Shown: piece by piece, positions 24,717 through 38,125 of the stretch
How positions within the stretch are numbered: position 1 is the first letter of the stretch
How the letters are laid out: each line of letters opens with the position of its first letter
NCBI RefSeq assembly: GCF_018350175.1
Contig: NC_058368.1
Coordinates: 168,766,001 to 168,830,000 of the forward strand
Direction: 5' to 3'
Length of the DNA: 64,000 nt
Origin: Felis catus
Lineage: Eukaryota
Made by a program: the position numbers and the translations under genes
The notes under the pieces: generated by a model
Told to the model about the DNA's origin: nothing
Databases searched by the model: none
What the model saw: only the letters and a program-made list of their open reading frames with translations

Positions 24717-24810
24717 CTATATTAAGGGCCATTACTTATTTTTTATAGTTAATTGTTTAGGGTAGCTAATGATTACTTTATAAAATAAATATCTGCTTCT
24801 TTGTCAGCTA

Positions 24811-25240
24811 TGTATTAGTTCCCTAACAAATTACCTACCACAGACTTGGTGGCTTAAAAACAACATAAATTTGTTTTCTCACAGTTCTGGAGGCCAGAAG
24901 TCCAAAATCAGAGTGTTTGTAGAATTGTTTTCTTCTGTAGACTCTGAGTGGGAACCATTCCATGCCACCTTCCTAGCTCCTCATGGCAGCTGGCAACGTC
25001 TGGTGGTGATATGAAGACGTATCACTCCAGTCTCTGTCTTTTTCTTCACATCGCCTTTTCTTCTGTGTTTTTTTCCTCTTCTAAGTCTGCTTATAAGGAC
25101 CTTTGTCACTGGATTTAGGGCCCGCCTGGGTAATCCAAGTTTATCCCATTTTGAGATTCTTAATTATATCTGCAAAATCACTTTTTCCAAGTAAGGTCAA
25201 ATTTACATGTCTTTTGAGGGGCCACATCTAATCTATTACA
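24811..25240 (-). mobile_element. MLT1-family LTR
   Basis: tgtattagtt...ggtggcttaaaaacaacataaatttg...ctcacagttctggaggccagaagtccaaaatca...ggggccacatctaatctattaca. Confidence 0.82.
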
Positions 25241-26211
25241 GTTTGTGTGTGTCTTCTCTTTGATTACCAAGAAAGTTTTTAGAAGTTAAAGCTTTGATTG
25301 TGGGTGAGACATTTAACTTTGAGAGAAGCTAGTTCTTTTGGCCTTTCATTCAGATATTTTTTTGAGTACCTACTCTCTGAGTCCCAGAAATATTAAGTAA
25401 ATTTGCCCAAGGTCGTGTGGTCAAGCAGCTGAAGTTTAAATTCAGCTTCGATACTATATTTTTGCTCTTAATCACTATGCTATTTTGCCTTCCTATAATT
25501 GTTTTTGCCAGCTCCTCACCTCATATCTCTCAAGAACTCTTTCCCAAATACCTCAAAAAGAAATGTATAAATTTTGGTCAATACATGTCTTCTTAATTGC
25601 TACAAAGGTATAATAAAGGGAGGACTTTCTGGGCTCATAATATAGATAGAAACACTTGCTTCTAGTCCTGGCTTTGATTGTAACTCAGAGTTGGATCACA
25701 AATATCTCTAAGCTTCTGGTAAAATAGGATTATTTTTATAATATCTTCCAGTCCTGAAATGTTATGACTGTTTTTTAAAACAGATTTTCTCTAATTTTGC
25801 AAAATTTCTCTAATTTTAGAGGTAGAATGTCTTTGTATATTATAATACATACTTCAATGAAGTGGAACTTTTCCTGTATTTTGATTATGGTGGCAGCAAT
25901 AGCATAATTAGAGAGGATTTACTAGTTATGGGTGCCAGGAGCTTTGTTAAATCCTTTCCATGCCATATTAAATTCTTATAGCTGACTTACTGGGTAGAAC
26001 TATTACTATTCCTAGTAGGTGGTACTATTATAATTCCCAATTTATAGGGAAGAAAATTGGTATACAGAGAGCTAGGCGTCCAAAGTCATATAGATCAGAA
26101 GTGGTAGGACTAGGATGTGAACCCTTTCAGTCTGACCCCAGAATCTGCCCTCTTATTGATTGCTTATATAGCCTCTGTTGTATGGTTCCTATAATTTAAG
26201 TGATGTAATGT

Positions 26212-26558
26212 AACAAAGTTTGGAAACTGTCACCCATGGGCCAAATCTGGCCAACTACCTATATTTTTGTGGCCTACAAGCTAAGAATTGTTTTTACATT
26301 TTTAAGTAAATGTTTTGGTTTTTTTTGGAAAAAAAAAGGACAATATTTTGTGACATGCAAAAATTATGTGCAATTGAGATTTCAACATTCATGAATAAAA
26401 TTTTATTGCAACACAGCCATGTTCATTTGTTGATGTAATGTCTATGGCTGCTTTCATGCCGCAATGCTATGTGGGCAGAGTTGAATAGTGGTGACAGAGA
26501 CCATATAGCCTAGATAGTTCCTGTCTAGCTCTTTACAGAATAAAAAGTGCTAACCGGT
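26212..26558. mobile_element. MER58-like hAT-Charlie MITE
   Basis: gggccaaatctggcc...aaaattttattgcaacacagccatg...tatggctgctttc...cagagacc...tttacagaa. Confidence 0.7.
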
Positions 26559-26711
26559 GTAATATTGCTACTTATTTACTTGTTATTTTTATCTTTGTGT
26601 TGTTCTTACAAAAAAAGGCATTAAGGAGAACTTTTTAGGTAATATATTTTTTAAAAGGCATGTTTTAAATAAAATTTTAGATTATTTTAAATTTGTTTGT
26701 GGCTATAAACT

Positions 26712-26713
<2 letters not shown>

Positions 26714-26756
<43 letters not shown>
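26714..26756. repeat. (TA)n microsatellite
   Basis: About 21 perfect TA units. Confidence 0.95.
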
Positions 26757-26758
<2 letters not shown>

Positions 26759-29249
26759 TATGATATGATATTTATATATGATATTTTTATGTATATATTT
26801 TTTGGAGATATAATTGGCATATGACATTACATAAATTTCTTTTTAACACTGCATGACAAAATAAACATTTGTCAATAACTCAAGGAATAGTAAAAATATT
26901 TAGGAAATTTTATTGTTCAGGATTGTGTATGAAAAATGCATGTGTAGGCATGTTACCAATAGTTTATAAATTTTCATACACTATTATATTAACTTCATAA
27001 TGCAGTATCCAAAAGTATATTAAATATTTTCTCTGAGGTAATTCTCTTTCTATAGTACAATACCCCCTTGTCCCTTGTGATGACTCATACTTGATGATTC
27101 ATATTTGAGATTCACATTTGTCATTGATGAACTTAGTTTATCCTTATTGTGAAGAAAGTGAAACTGTTAAGTCTCAAGTGAAAAAATTATTATTTAGTAA
27201 ATGTAATAACTGTACTTAAATTAATAATCCAGTTGGCTAATCACAAGTAGCCATTCCACACTGATCTCTCACTAAATTTGCCTCAGATATGTTTTTAAGA
27301 AAACCACATGTTGTGTTTCTGGTGAAATTATATTCTTGCATTAACCTACCAAATGATTCTAATAAACTGGGACATGCCTGTTGAAGACAAAATTACGTAT
27401 GAAATTGTAATAGATCTCATGCAGAATAGCCAGATGAGTTTAATCTATGTAGTTGTATGTTTGTCTTCTGTCCTGGTTCATGTTAGCATTGTTTATATAA
27501 AAACAAAACTGGTTAAGAAAGCATTTTCTTTACTCTCTTAGGCATTATGATTAGGAATTACCATTTCACTATACCCAATGAATTGAAGTCCAAATGATTA
27601 GCATTATATCTGCATGGCTTGTATTTTGCTTCATTTCTTCATATCTTTTAACATGAGTTTAAAAACAATGAGTTCTTTTTAATTTTTTTAATACATAATA
27701 TTATCCAAATAACATTGCTTTTTGATAAGGTTAACAGAATATAAAGATCAGCTGTAGAATCAGAGTTATTTGCAGCTGATTTGAATGGAGTTCCTTAAAA
27801 ATATAGTTTTATTTAAACTTAGTTTTTCAAGAGTGTACCAGTCTCATGATTCAGTATGCTTGAGTACTTTGCTGGTTGAATTGCTTTGCTAAGAATTCAT
27901 TGGCTGATACAGTTTTTATTATACTTTTTACTTGTTCACTCTTATGTAAAGGTTTTAAAATAATGAGAAGTATGTATAATATGCCAGTCAGCATTTAATT
28001 TATGTACCTTTATTTAAGAAAAAAGGTTTTCCAGTATTTTGGTATTTTTTTAATTCAAATAAAAGAACGTCTGAAGAATAATTTTTACAAGTAAACATAA
28101 GTAAATGATAGGACAAATATCTGTATTCATTAAACTGTAAAGACCCAGTTAAAATACTTTGTTCTAATGCAGAGATTATTTCTTTATGTAATAGCTCTGG
28201 AACTTTCTATCAACAGCATACATTTAGAAAATTTTATTTCAATGAAAGATTTTAGAGACAACTTCTCACGTTAGTTTTTCAGAACAATCATTATAATCTG
28301 TCTTAGTAATAACACAGTTATTAGTTTATATTGGTACATTAAGATACCATAATATACTAGTTTTAATGGAAGCCAAAGATGGAATGATTTTAAGTCAGAA
28401 AAGTGGATATGAATTTTCTAAAGTCAAGAAAAAAAGGTATGGCTTTTCTTAAGTCAGTAAAGGAACTTAGGTATATTGAATTTTATATTGGAAATTTGGA
28501 CAAGCTTATGGGAAGAAAGTTAAAATACCTCTTTGAGTTCGAACTTCTCATCCAAACAGAGATGGAAAATTGAAGATGACCAAGGAAAAGAATTTATAAG
28601 AGTTATGATTAACTAGAGCTAGGTTTAATGTAAATTCGGTACTTGATTATCTACTTTCAAGTTTTTTTATGGAATCATCTCTCATTGTCACATAACTGAA
28701 TATCATGGTGCTAAATGCAGATTATCTTACGAGATTCAGTGGAAATACATCAGAGAACTTGAGAATATCTCTAGACTTGTGGACCACCTTTAAATGCTTG
28801 TAGAGTCCATTACCCATGCCTCCATCTTGCTTTGACCACTTACTAACTGTGCTTCAGTGTCCTCAGCTATACAGAAGAGAAAATAGTAGTACCTACCTCA
28901 TATATTGTTGTAAGAATAACATGAGGTAATATGTAAAGGTCTTTTAAAAAGCTTGTCACGTAGTGAGTATTAGCTCTGATTATTTTTATCTTCATCATCA
29001 CCTTCATCATTATTTTTCCATTTGAGTATTCATTATTCATTTGTCTAATAAATATATTTAAAATTTGTCTTGTTTATCATTCCTGTTTCAAAGACTCTGA
29101 ATTACAAAAAAATTATATCTATAATCTGTTATATATATATAATCTGTTATATATATACATATATATATACATAACATATGTATACATATGTATACATATG
29201 TATATACATATACATAGCAATCAAACATTTATCCTGCCTTTCCTATATG

Positions 29250-30030
29250 AATTATATAACCAAATAATTATTGCTGATAAATCAGATGATAGATGCGGGA
29301 AAACATCTTTTGATAGAAATATTCCAACTAATAAGTGAAAATGATAGAATTTGAAGGAATATCACCCTTTTATGATATACAACGAGTTAGTGGATGTAGA
29401 CATTGAGCACCAATAGCTGCAGATACCACAAAAAGAGAGACAACCAGACATTATTTAATTTCCTGATACATGCCACCATGATTTCACTAAAGGTACTGAA
29501 TCTGAGTCTGAGTCTGAATCTGAATCTGAGTCTGAGTCTGAATCTCTAGCCTCTGATCCCAGCTGCCAGTTTGTAGGAAAGAGGACAGCGGACATGATGG
29601 ACTGTCCTATGGTACAAAATCATCAAAATCCAGGCTGTGGCAAACTATGTCAAGTGGCTGAGTTTTTAAACAGCTAAATTATAAGGAAAATCTAGGAATC
29701 TAGGGCTAGAGAGGGAAATTACAGATTAAAAAATGCTTAAAGATACATTAAATAAATTTTGACGTGATCAAAACGAAACTATAGTTTATAGGGATATATC
29801 CTAGAGACTAAAAATAAGACTAAAAATAATGCATACAGTAAGTGATTACTGTAGAGGTCATGATAATGGTTTCTTTGGAGGAAGAGATATAAGTGATTGT
29901 GATTAGAACTGGTCACATGGAGGCCTTCTGCAGTATTTGGTAAAGTTCTATGTCTCAGGCTTGTTGGTAATTACAGAGTAGTTACCTTAAGTTGCATTTT
30001 CTTGTTTGATTTTCCATATCTGCTTTTATA
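29250..30030 (+). mobile_element. Ancient L1M 3' region with an internal (TCTGAR)n hexamer repeat
   Basis: L1ME/MC-like 3' text (cacatggaggccttctg...ggtaaagttctatgtct); hexamer run at ~29497-29545. Confidence 0.45.
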
Positions 30031-30231
30031 ATAAAAATGCTAAGATAATTTAAATATCCTAATTAGACTATTTGGAAATGGTTCTCTTCTCTATCTACCA
30101 AATTTAACTTATGGAGTATGTTTGATTTGGGAAACTGGTTCATTGATTCCTGTGTATATGTGTGTATACATGTGTTGTATGTTTGTGCACAGTGTGTGTA
30201 TGTGTGCGCATGTATACTATATGACAGAAAG

Positions 30232-30745
30232 TGTTCTGGCTATCTGTTGCTATGTAACAGATCACTGCAAGACTTAGAGACTTAAGATAATAATACTCAT
30301 TTAATTTTCTCATTAATTTCCATTTGTGAAGAATTCCGTGCAGAAGGCTTATCCCACCTCTGTGTGTTGTCAGCTGGAACAGCTGGAATAGAGGCCTTAG
30401 GATCTACCTCCATTATGGTTCACTCACATGATGGCAGTTTTGACGTTGGTGGCTGAGAGCCCATCTAAGCTCTGTTCATCTCCTTGGATTGCCTGAGCTT
30501 TCTTATAGCTAGGGTGGCTGGGTCTAAGAATGTGTCCCAAGAGAACCAGGAGGAAGCTGATTTTATGACCTAGCTTTGGAAGTCACGTAGTGTCACTTCT
30601 ACCACAGTGACATGACTGCCCAAATTCAACTGTGGAAAACAGACCCTACTTCTCAATGGAAGGAGTGTCAAAGTGTTTATTGCAAGAATGTGCATGATGG
30701 GGATATTGTTGTGATCATTTTGGAAATTGCAGTATGCCATCCACA
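30232..30745 (-). mobile_element. Old MLT1-family LTR
   Basis: ctatctgttgctatgtaacagatcac...tttatgacctagctttggaagtcac...gtcacttctaccaca. Confidence 0.65.
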
Positions 30746-31168
30746 CTGTCTTAGCTTTGTATACAAAGCTAAGTGAGATAAAGTCCTAGTCCCAAAGGTG
30801 CTCACAGTTTGGTGAAAGACAAGTTAAGAGGTAATGTTAATGAGCGTGATAAGTTCTATAAGAGTAAATGCTGGGTGCTCTCAGAATACATAAGAAGGGT
30901 TCCCTAGATTTAAGGTGCCAGATCTCAGGGTGGAATTTTGGATGTCTGTTTTGGGTCTTAAAAGTGGGTAAGAGGTGTCCAGCTCCCCCTTCCTCCACCA
31001 AGAAAAAAGTGGAACAGTATTTTAGGAAAGGGAATAAACATATATTGTTCAGGGGAGTGAAAATACTGTGCATTCTAAATCTTCAGTATTTATATATGAC
31101 TGGATTATAGGCATGGAAGGTGGAAAGTGAGAGAGGGTGCTCTGGTGTATGTTTCCCTCTGGTGTATG

Positions 31169-31206
31169 TTTTGTTTTGTTTTGTTTTGTTTTGTTTTGTT
31201 TTGTTT
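31169..31206. repeat. (TTTTG)n microsatellite
   Basis: About 7 units. Confidence 0.9.
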
Positions 31207-31627
31207 CTTAATGAGAAGGAAATTACAGATTCCTTTCTCAAAATTAATTTTTTTTTGGTGAGATGACACTTTTTATTTATTCAGGATTATTGTTTAATAA
31301 GATTCATCCTTTATTGAATTGTTTCTCTTGGTATTATTTCAAATGAAAATATTGTGTATCTGTCAATTATATAGATATTAAACTACAGTTTGAGTAGTGC
31401 TGATAAAAGATCAGGATTTTACTTGAAATAAACTATAGTTATGCAAAGGATTTCTGATTAGAAATAATACCAATAATACAAAAATAATGCAATTGTGTAA
31501 TTTCAATGACTGAGACTGTAGCTAAAGAAATCATTGATATTTTTTCCTTACACTGAAAATTAGAAAAAGGAATGCCTGTCTTCTTCCAGCATCACATCAG
31601 TTAGAGTACTTTACATTCTTTGCATTT

Positions 31628-31843
31628 AAAATTTTTTTTTTAACGTTTATTTATTTTTGAGACAGAGAGAGATCAAGCATGAATGGGGGAGGGGTGGAGA
31701 GAGAGGGAGACACAGAATCGGAAGCAGGCTCCAGGCTCTGAGCCATCAGCCCGGAGCCCGACACGGGGCTCAAACTCACGGACAGTGAGATCGTGACCTG
31801 AGTTGAAGTCGGACACTTAACCGACTGAGCCACCCAGGCACCC
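31628..31843 (-). mobile_element. SINEC_Fc-like SINE
   Basis: TSD TACATTSTTTGCATTT (31612-31627 and 31844-31859). Confidence 0.94.
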
Positions 31844-34119
31844 TACATTGTTTGCATTTTAAATGGTAATGTGAATTTATCAGGAATTAAGGAGGTTTAA
31901 AATACTCTCTAAGGAGTGAATTTTGACTACTGAAAAACTCTTGTTGATTATGGCTAAATGGTATTGTGGGGCTTTGGAAGAATTTTTGCACTGTCTAACG
32001 CCGTGAAAGCATGTCTTAGAATCAAATGCCCTACACCTATAGAGTTTTATTCAAATTCTCATGGGTATGTAAAAAAAAAAAAAAATCTGCTGAGTTTGCT
32101 GTGGGCTTTCGGGCCTAGCAGCTAGTGTTAAGTAGGCCTAGATTGGCTCTGAACAGCTTTCTCTTTTTCTTGCCTATCCTAGAAATTGTGAATTCATCTG
32201 ATTACAAGAAGACATGACAAATATTTGTAGCAGCTTTCCTCTTCCTTTATAGGAAAGTTTCTTCTCCCTAACCTCTTCTGGATCTCAGATAAAACACATT
32301 GCAGCTGCTCATAAGGTGGGAAATTAATGCTTGGCAGGGAGAGAATATTTACAGTATATCTTGAAATAGGACAGCTAGCCTGACAAAGGACTAAAGATAG
32401 TGAAAAATAATTATGGTTCCTTTAAAAGTTACACTCTACAAGATATGTAGGTCATGTGAACATGGGGAAATTTAGTTAAGACATGCCTAAGAATATATGC
32501 TCCCTTTGGCCATTCTTTTAATAAAATAGAGCCTCTCCATATTCAGCGCTGCCACTTTTAATTCAACAAATCAGTTTTTTACTCTAATTACAGCTTGAGT
32601 CAGAAAATATATAATCAGCGCCAAAAAGAATGGTGTGGGGTTGAACACTCAACAGGAATAAAAAGTTAAGCACCATTCATAACTTTTCATGCACTTTATT
32701 AGAATCTTCACAAGGTTTTGCTTTAAATGAGTTAGCCACAGGAAACCTTTCTAGAGAGGCCTTATTTGGGGATTTAGTCAGCGCCATAGTCAGAGCTATA
32801 TAGAACCTTTGCCTCAAGCTGATGGGTGAAAATGAGATTTGTTATTTTTTTTCTATGAGCATTTCAAATAGGTATAGATTGCAATATTCTTTTCTGTAAG
32901 GGTAGAGATGGCCAAAACTAGTTATAAAATCGATGGGGAACTTAGTAGCAGCAAAGAGATTTAGTGAATGTTCAAATTCTCAGTCTGTAAACTTTTTCTT
33001 CAATGTAATGATTCTGCTTAATAAAAAATACCATTTTAAATAATAATGGCCATTTTTGTACTTTTAATAATTTTGTGAAACCTTTGATATAGTTATGTGC
33101 TGAGTACCCATTTTTAACTTTCAGATGAAAAATTGTGCTTTGGATCAAGACACTTAATCAAAAATATTCTTGATTTCAAGTATGATATTTGGAATTATGC
33201 CTGACTACTCGAGGCCATTAGTTTAGTATGCTATTGATTTTTGTTGATTCTACACTACTTATTGCTCGTTGATGAGATAGTTAATGAGCTTCTGAAAATA
33301 CCAGTATATCCAGTGGGTGCTTTATTATCTTAAGCAGGTTAGAGCCTATTATATAAGAAATAGAGACCTGGTACTGAGCTTTTTAGCATAGATTTCTAGT
33401 GGACGTAGTATTTAACTTTAATTGGCAAATTATGATTAAATAATACATTTTTATTTCTGGATACATATTATGCCATTCCTTAACCTGTTTTTAATAAGTT
33501 AAATGTTCCTTGTACCAAAATTTTGAGCTATTTGTGAACACAGCTAGTTTCTAAATCAAAATCATTGGAAGAGTCCATTTTTTAAAAAAAATGTTAAAAG
33601 GAAAAATATTTCAGCTCCTAAGATAGTCTTCTGTTGTTTTTGAGGGTTTCCCAAAATTCAAACAGACGTACCTGCAGATTTCTTAAAGTCAATATGAGTT
33701 AGAATGTTATGTGTAATTGGAATGCCTGGTTAATTTCAGCCTGTCAGTTTTGTTTTTCTCCTAAGAGGCCTTTGAGGTTCTTTAGCACAAAAGAGTAGTT
33801 CAAGTAAACCTACTCTTTTATTTATTTATTAAATGATGTCTGATAGCTATTGTCTTGCTTCAATGTCATTAATATGTAACATTTATTTAATGTTTAGATA
33901 ATTTTAGTAACAAACTGATAACATCTTCTGTCCTCTTGGAGTTTATATTGTGAGTGTGAGGTTGGGCTTGCAGATCCTGGCTTGTATAACAGAATGATTA
34001 ATACCATTCCTTGAAATGAGAGACTCCCAAAAAAGGGCAGCTTGGAAGTTTTGAGTTCAGTATGAAATATGTTGACTTTTTCTGTCTTTATGGTAACCAA
34101 GTAGAGAAGTCGCATCTAT

Positions 34120-34234
34120 AAACATATATATCCTATCTGTATGTATATGTACATATATATCCTATCTGTATGTATATGTACATATATATACCTATTTATA
34201 TAGGTATGTGCCTGTGTATATTAGTATATATAGG

Positions 34235-34277
<43 letters not shown>

Positions 34278-34288
34278 TGCATATATAG
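34120..34288. repeat. Compound repeat: ~29-bp unit x2-3 plus (TA)n(CA)n
   Basis: acatatatatcctatctgtatgtatatgt repeated, then TA and CA runs. Confidence 0.85.
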
Positions 34289-37200
34289 GATTGTAGCTCA
34301 ATGGTAAAGTCTCATTTGGAGATTTAAATTCTGAGTGGGCTTGGCTTAGGTGGTAATTGAAGTTGGAACATGTAAAATGTTACCTAGGGAGGAAGTATAG
34401 AGTGAGGAGAGAGGATACCAGAAGCCAGTGGATCTTGAAAGCACATGACCATATTTTGCCTGTAGGGGGAGAGTGGGTCAGTGCAATAAATGTTTCATGT
34501 AAGAGTATATGGTCAATAGAGGAGAATTATTCCATGAGGTCAACTACAATAGTAAGAAATGTCCTTTGTCAGATTAGTAAAATGAAGTTTGTTGAGTTTC
34601 TTAAAAGCATGTGCTTTGCTTGAGTGATGAGATGAAAGTGAAATGGGAGCTGATTGAGGAATGAGTGGGAGGAGAGAAAAGTGGAGACAGGAAGCATAGA
34701 TAACTCTTTCAGGAATTTTGTTTATGGAGAATAAGCAGTAGCAGGAGGAGGGTGTGTGCTGAAGGGAGCAGTTCCCTTCCTCTTTTCATCCTTCCTTCCC
34801 TACCCTTCTCTATCCTTCCTCCCTTACTGCTTTTCCTTTTTTTTTTCCCCTATAAGAGCAATTTATACATGTACAAAAGCTGATGGAATAGGAAAAAAAA
34901 AAAAAGCAAGTTTTCAGAGAGAAAGATCTTTTAGGTTCTTGTAACATTTAATGTTCTTGGGAGAGCAGGAGGGGATGAAATACAAAGTAGTAGTAGAGAG
35001 GTCAGCCACAAATGAGAGACAGCTCCATATTTCCAAATGGGGAAACAGATTAGAAGGGAAGAGAAATAATAGATCTGTAGATCTGAAAAGGCAAGATGAA
35101 GGGATTTCTGACTTGTAGTTTGTTTCTAAAGAAGCTGGAGGGGGTAGAATGGGGCAGTTTTAGGCACAAGAAGAGTGGGAAAGGTTTGACAATAACAGTG
35201 GGAGAGTAAGAAGTGAGTTGGCCAGAGAAATGTAGAGGTACTGTCAGATATTTGGGACCCATTAGAAAGTAATAATCATGTGATTCTCTCCAGCTGTGAT
35301 GAATTTCTTGAGTGCATACTCAGAGCAGATAGTTGGATCTATCCAACTATCCAGATTTTGGGTTTGTTACATGGATGCAACTAAGAGATAGAATAGCACA
35401 GGATTTAGAGTATTGGCAAGAGCATCACTGAAATGATATATCATGGCATCTCAGTTAGATAAAGAGAGAAGAGAAGAAAGGAAAGGTGATTGATTGGGAG
35501 AAACAAGAAGACTCAAAGCTTTAGGGTCCAGTGAGGTTGAAAAATGGTGATAGTGGTACTGGTTGAAAGCAAACTAATGGGGTAAGAGATTGTGACCAGA
35601 AAGAGAGGTGCTTTCATTAGTTAATTTGGAGCTGTTACATGTGATGATAATATCCAAGAAGCCATGAGTGATGTAAAGTAGAAGAAAATGTTTCCCCTTC
35701 TAACCCCACAGAATGAAAGCTTTGTGATAATGTTTCTTGAAAATTAATTTTGCAGAATACTATTTCTTTCCCAAAAAGAGTACATGTACTAATGTGTGAC
35801 TAAGGCTCTGAGACATACTGCATCTAAGAAACCTATTTAAATTTGATTAATAGAACAGTTCTAAAATTTATGGGACTACTGAACCTTTTGTGGTATAACA
35901 TCTGTTAATCATCCAAACAAGGGTTTTTCCAAACATGTTGAGCAATTATTTTGAATTTCATGTGCTGAAACTGTTAAATTAATAGGAATAAACAAAAGTA
36001 ATTATCACAACAAAATACAACATAACACAATAAGTGTTTTTTACAAAGAATATAATTATGTTAGTGTATTTCAATATCAGAAGGTTTGTTTTTCTATTAA
36101 AAGTAAATATATGTCCAAAACATAGAAAGGTAAGTTAGTATATTGTTTTGTTAGTGACAATTGTGACTTTTATAATTGTTTATTGGAAATCTTTAATTGC
36201 TAGTAGATAGTCTAGGAAACTCTGCTGTAGTGGTTCCATGTAATAGTCAACCAAGGCAGTATAGTTAAAGCACAGAAGAGAGTTTATCTACTCATGTACC
36301 TGGATAGATCCAGAGATTCCAACCATGTCACAAAGAATTTGTCTGTCATCATTTCCTCAGCTCCACCCTGTGTTGTACTGACCTCATTCTCAGGCAGTCA
36401 ATCCCAATAGTCCTATAATGTGGCAACTTCTCTCAGAGGGCTGAGGGTGAGACAAGTGCCTGGTACCCAATGGACTTCTAATACAGATCTCCCGGTTGGA
36501 TTTTATTTGCTGGTAATAGATGTGCAATATTATAAGCACCACATTCCTGTCTTTAAAATTTATTATATTCTGTTTTTTTCAAATTAAATCTTGGGATTTC
36601 TTTTTTAGGTCCCACAGTTTCTGTTTCTAATAAATAAAATCTTGACTGAGGCCTTAAAACTCCTAACCATTCCCAGTTACTACTTCCAGTAACAAAAGGC
36701 TCTCTGAACTGAGAGCAGGATTACTGATGCATGTGCACGTATGAGATACGAAAAAGTGAAACCATTCAGGGAACTTTTTAGATGAAGTTGGAAACTTAAA
36801 ACATAGTTTATACAAAACTGAAGTCTATATATAATAGACTTTATAGTATCCAGTAAAGGTCTTCTGCTCCAAATACAAAACCAGTCTAACTCATCTTCCC
36901 TATTCCCCAAAAGCAATAAACAAAAGAAAACCAACCAAACCAAAATAATAAGAATGAATACTTTTTAGTTGAGTGGAGTTTAAGCCTTCAAATGATCTTC
37001 TGAGGAGTATAGACTCGAAATCTGAAGGCCTTTTGTGGTAATTGACTACCTTGGAAAATGGTAGTCGGACACAAGTCTCTGTAACTTTTGATGAATGAAT
37101 GGCTTTTTTCTTTGTCATACTGAAGATCCTTAACTTGTATCTTTGTACATTTTCTTGGTTTGTGAATAAAGGCTGATAAAAAGATGACTAATAGATTACT

Positions 37201-37649
37201 TGTCTTATAAAATGCATATGAATTTCTGTATCCAGTTTGGATATGGAAAGTCACAGGAGACCATATGTAAGGGCTGTAAGGTATCTCTTAGATACACACA
37301 GTAGTGGGTGTGAACCAAAGAGAACTCTCTAGCACTCCCCCAACACTCCCCCAAAGAAACTGCAAAGCTTGGAGAGATCATCTATAGTTCCTAAAGCTGA
37401 TGGATTGACTTTGAAGCTTAATCAGGGTACTGGAATCTTGTCAGGGCTCAGATTCCATTCCTAGCTGAAGGGAAATTCCTGATCTAGCTCTCAGAACGTT
37501 TGAAGCTGGTGGTGAACTGATTCAAACTAAATTGCAACAAAGGCCAGACCCAGCTTGTTACCTATAGCCCCAACCTAGCAGCGTGACAGAAAAGGGAGCA
37601 TATGCTCGTCTTTCTTGAGGTAAATATTATTGGATTCAGATTCTGCTGT

Positions 37650-38125
37650 TCTTTTATACAAACCATTCAGCACACAATCAAAAAGTATGCAACACTAAAA
37701 AGAGAAATAGAGAAATAAGAAATGTGACTCACAGCTAAGAAAAGAAACAGAGGCAGGTGGCCTCGTTATTGGAATTATCAATGTCTTTAGCTATTTTTAA
37801 AATGCTAAGGGATCTAGTAGAAAACATGGGCAACGTGTGTGAAAGATGGGGGTATCACAGCAGTGATTTTGATGCTATAAAAATGGAAATTCTGGAAATG
37901 AAAAATATATTAGAACTAAGGGATTTATTAAATGGAATCAGTAGTAGATCACTGAGATGTGAATACAGGTTGATAGAAAGTATCCAAACTAGAACAAAAA
38001 GGTAAAGAAAAACAGTATTTGAGATCACGAGGTGATACGTGAACAAACATACACGTAATGAATCCTTAGAGTCTAAGGAGAGGAGAGAAAGAGACAGGAG
38101 TAAAAACCGTATCTGAAGAGACATT
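37650..38125 (+). mobile_element. Ancient L1M ORF1-region fragment
   Basis: Translates to KMEILEMKNILELRDLLNGISSR...IESIQT, resembling the ORF1p coiled coil. Confidence 0.55.

Noticed and set aside
29497..29545. Short regular repeats, considered as a CRISPR-like array
   Set aside because: Simple hexamer microsatellite with no unique spacers, in mammalian DNA.
36680..37254. Cluster of three overlapping minus-strand ORFs as a possible retrogene
   Set aside because: No recognisable protein similarity, poly(A) tail or TSD.
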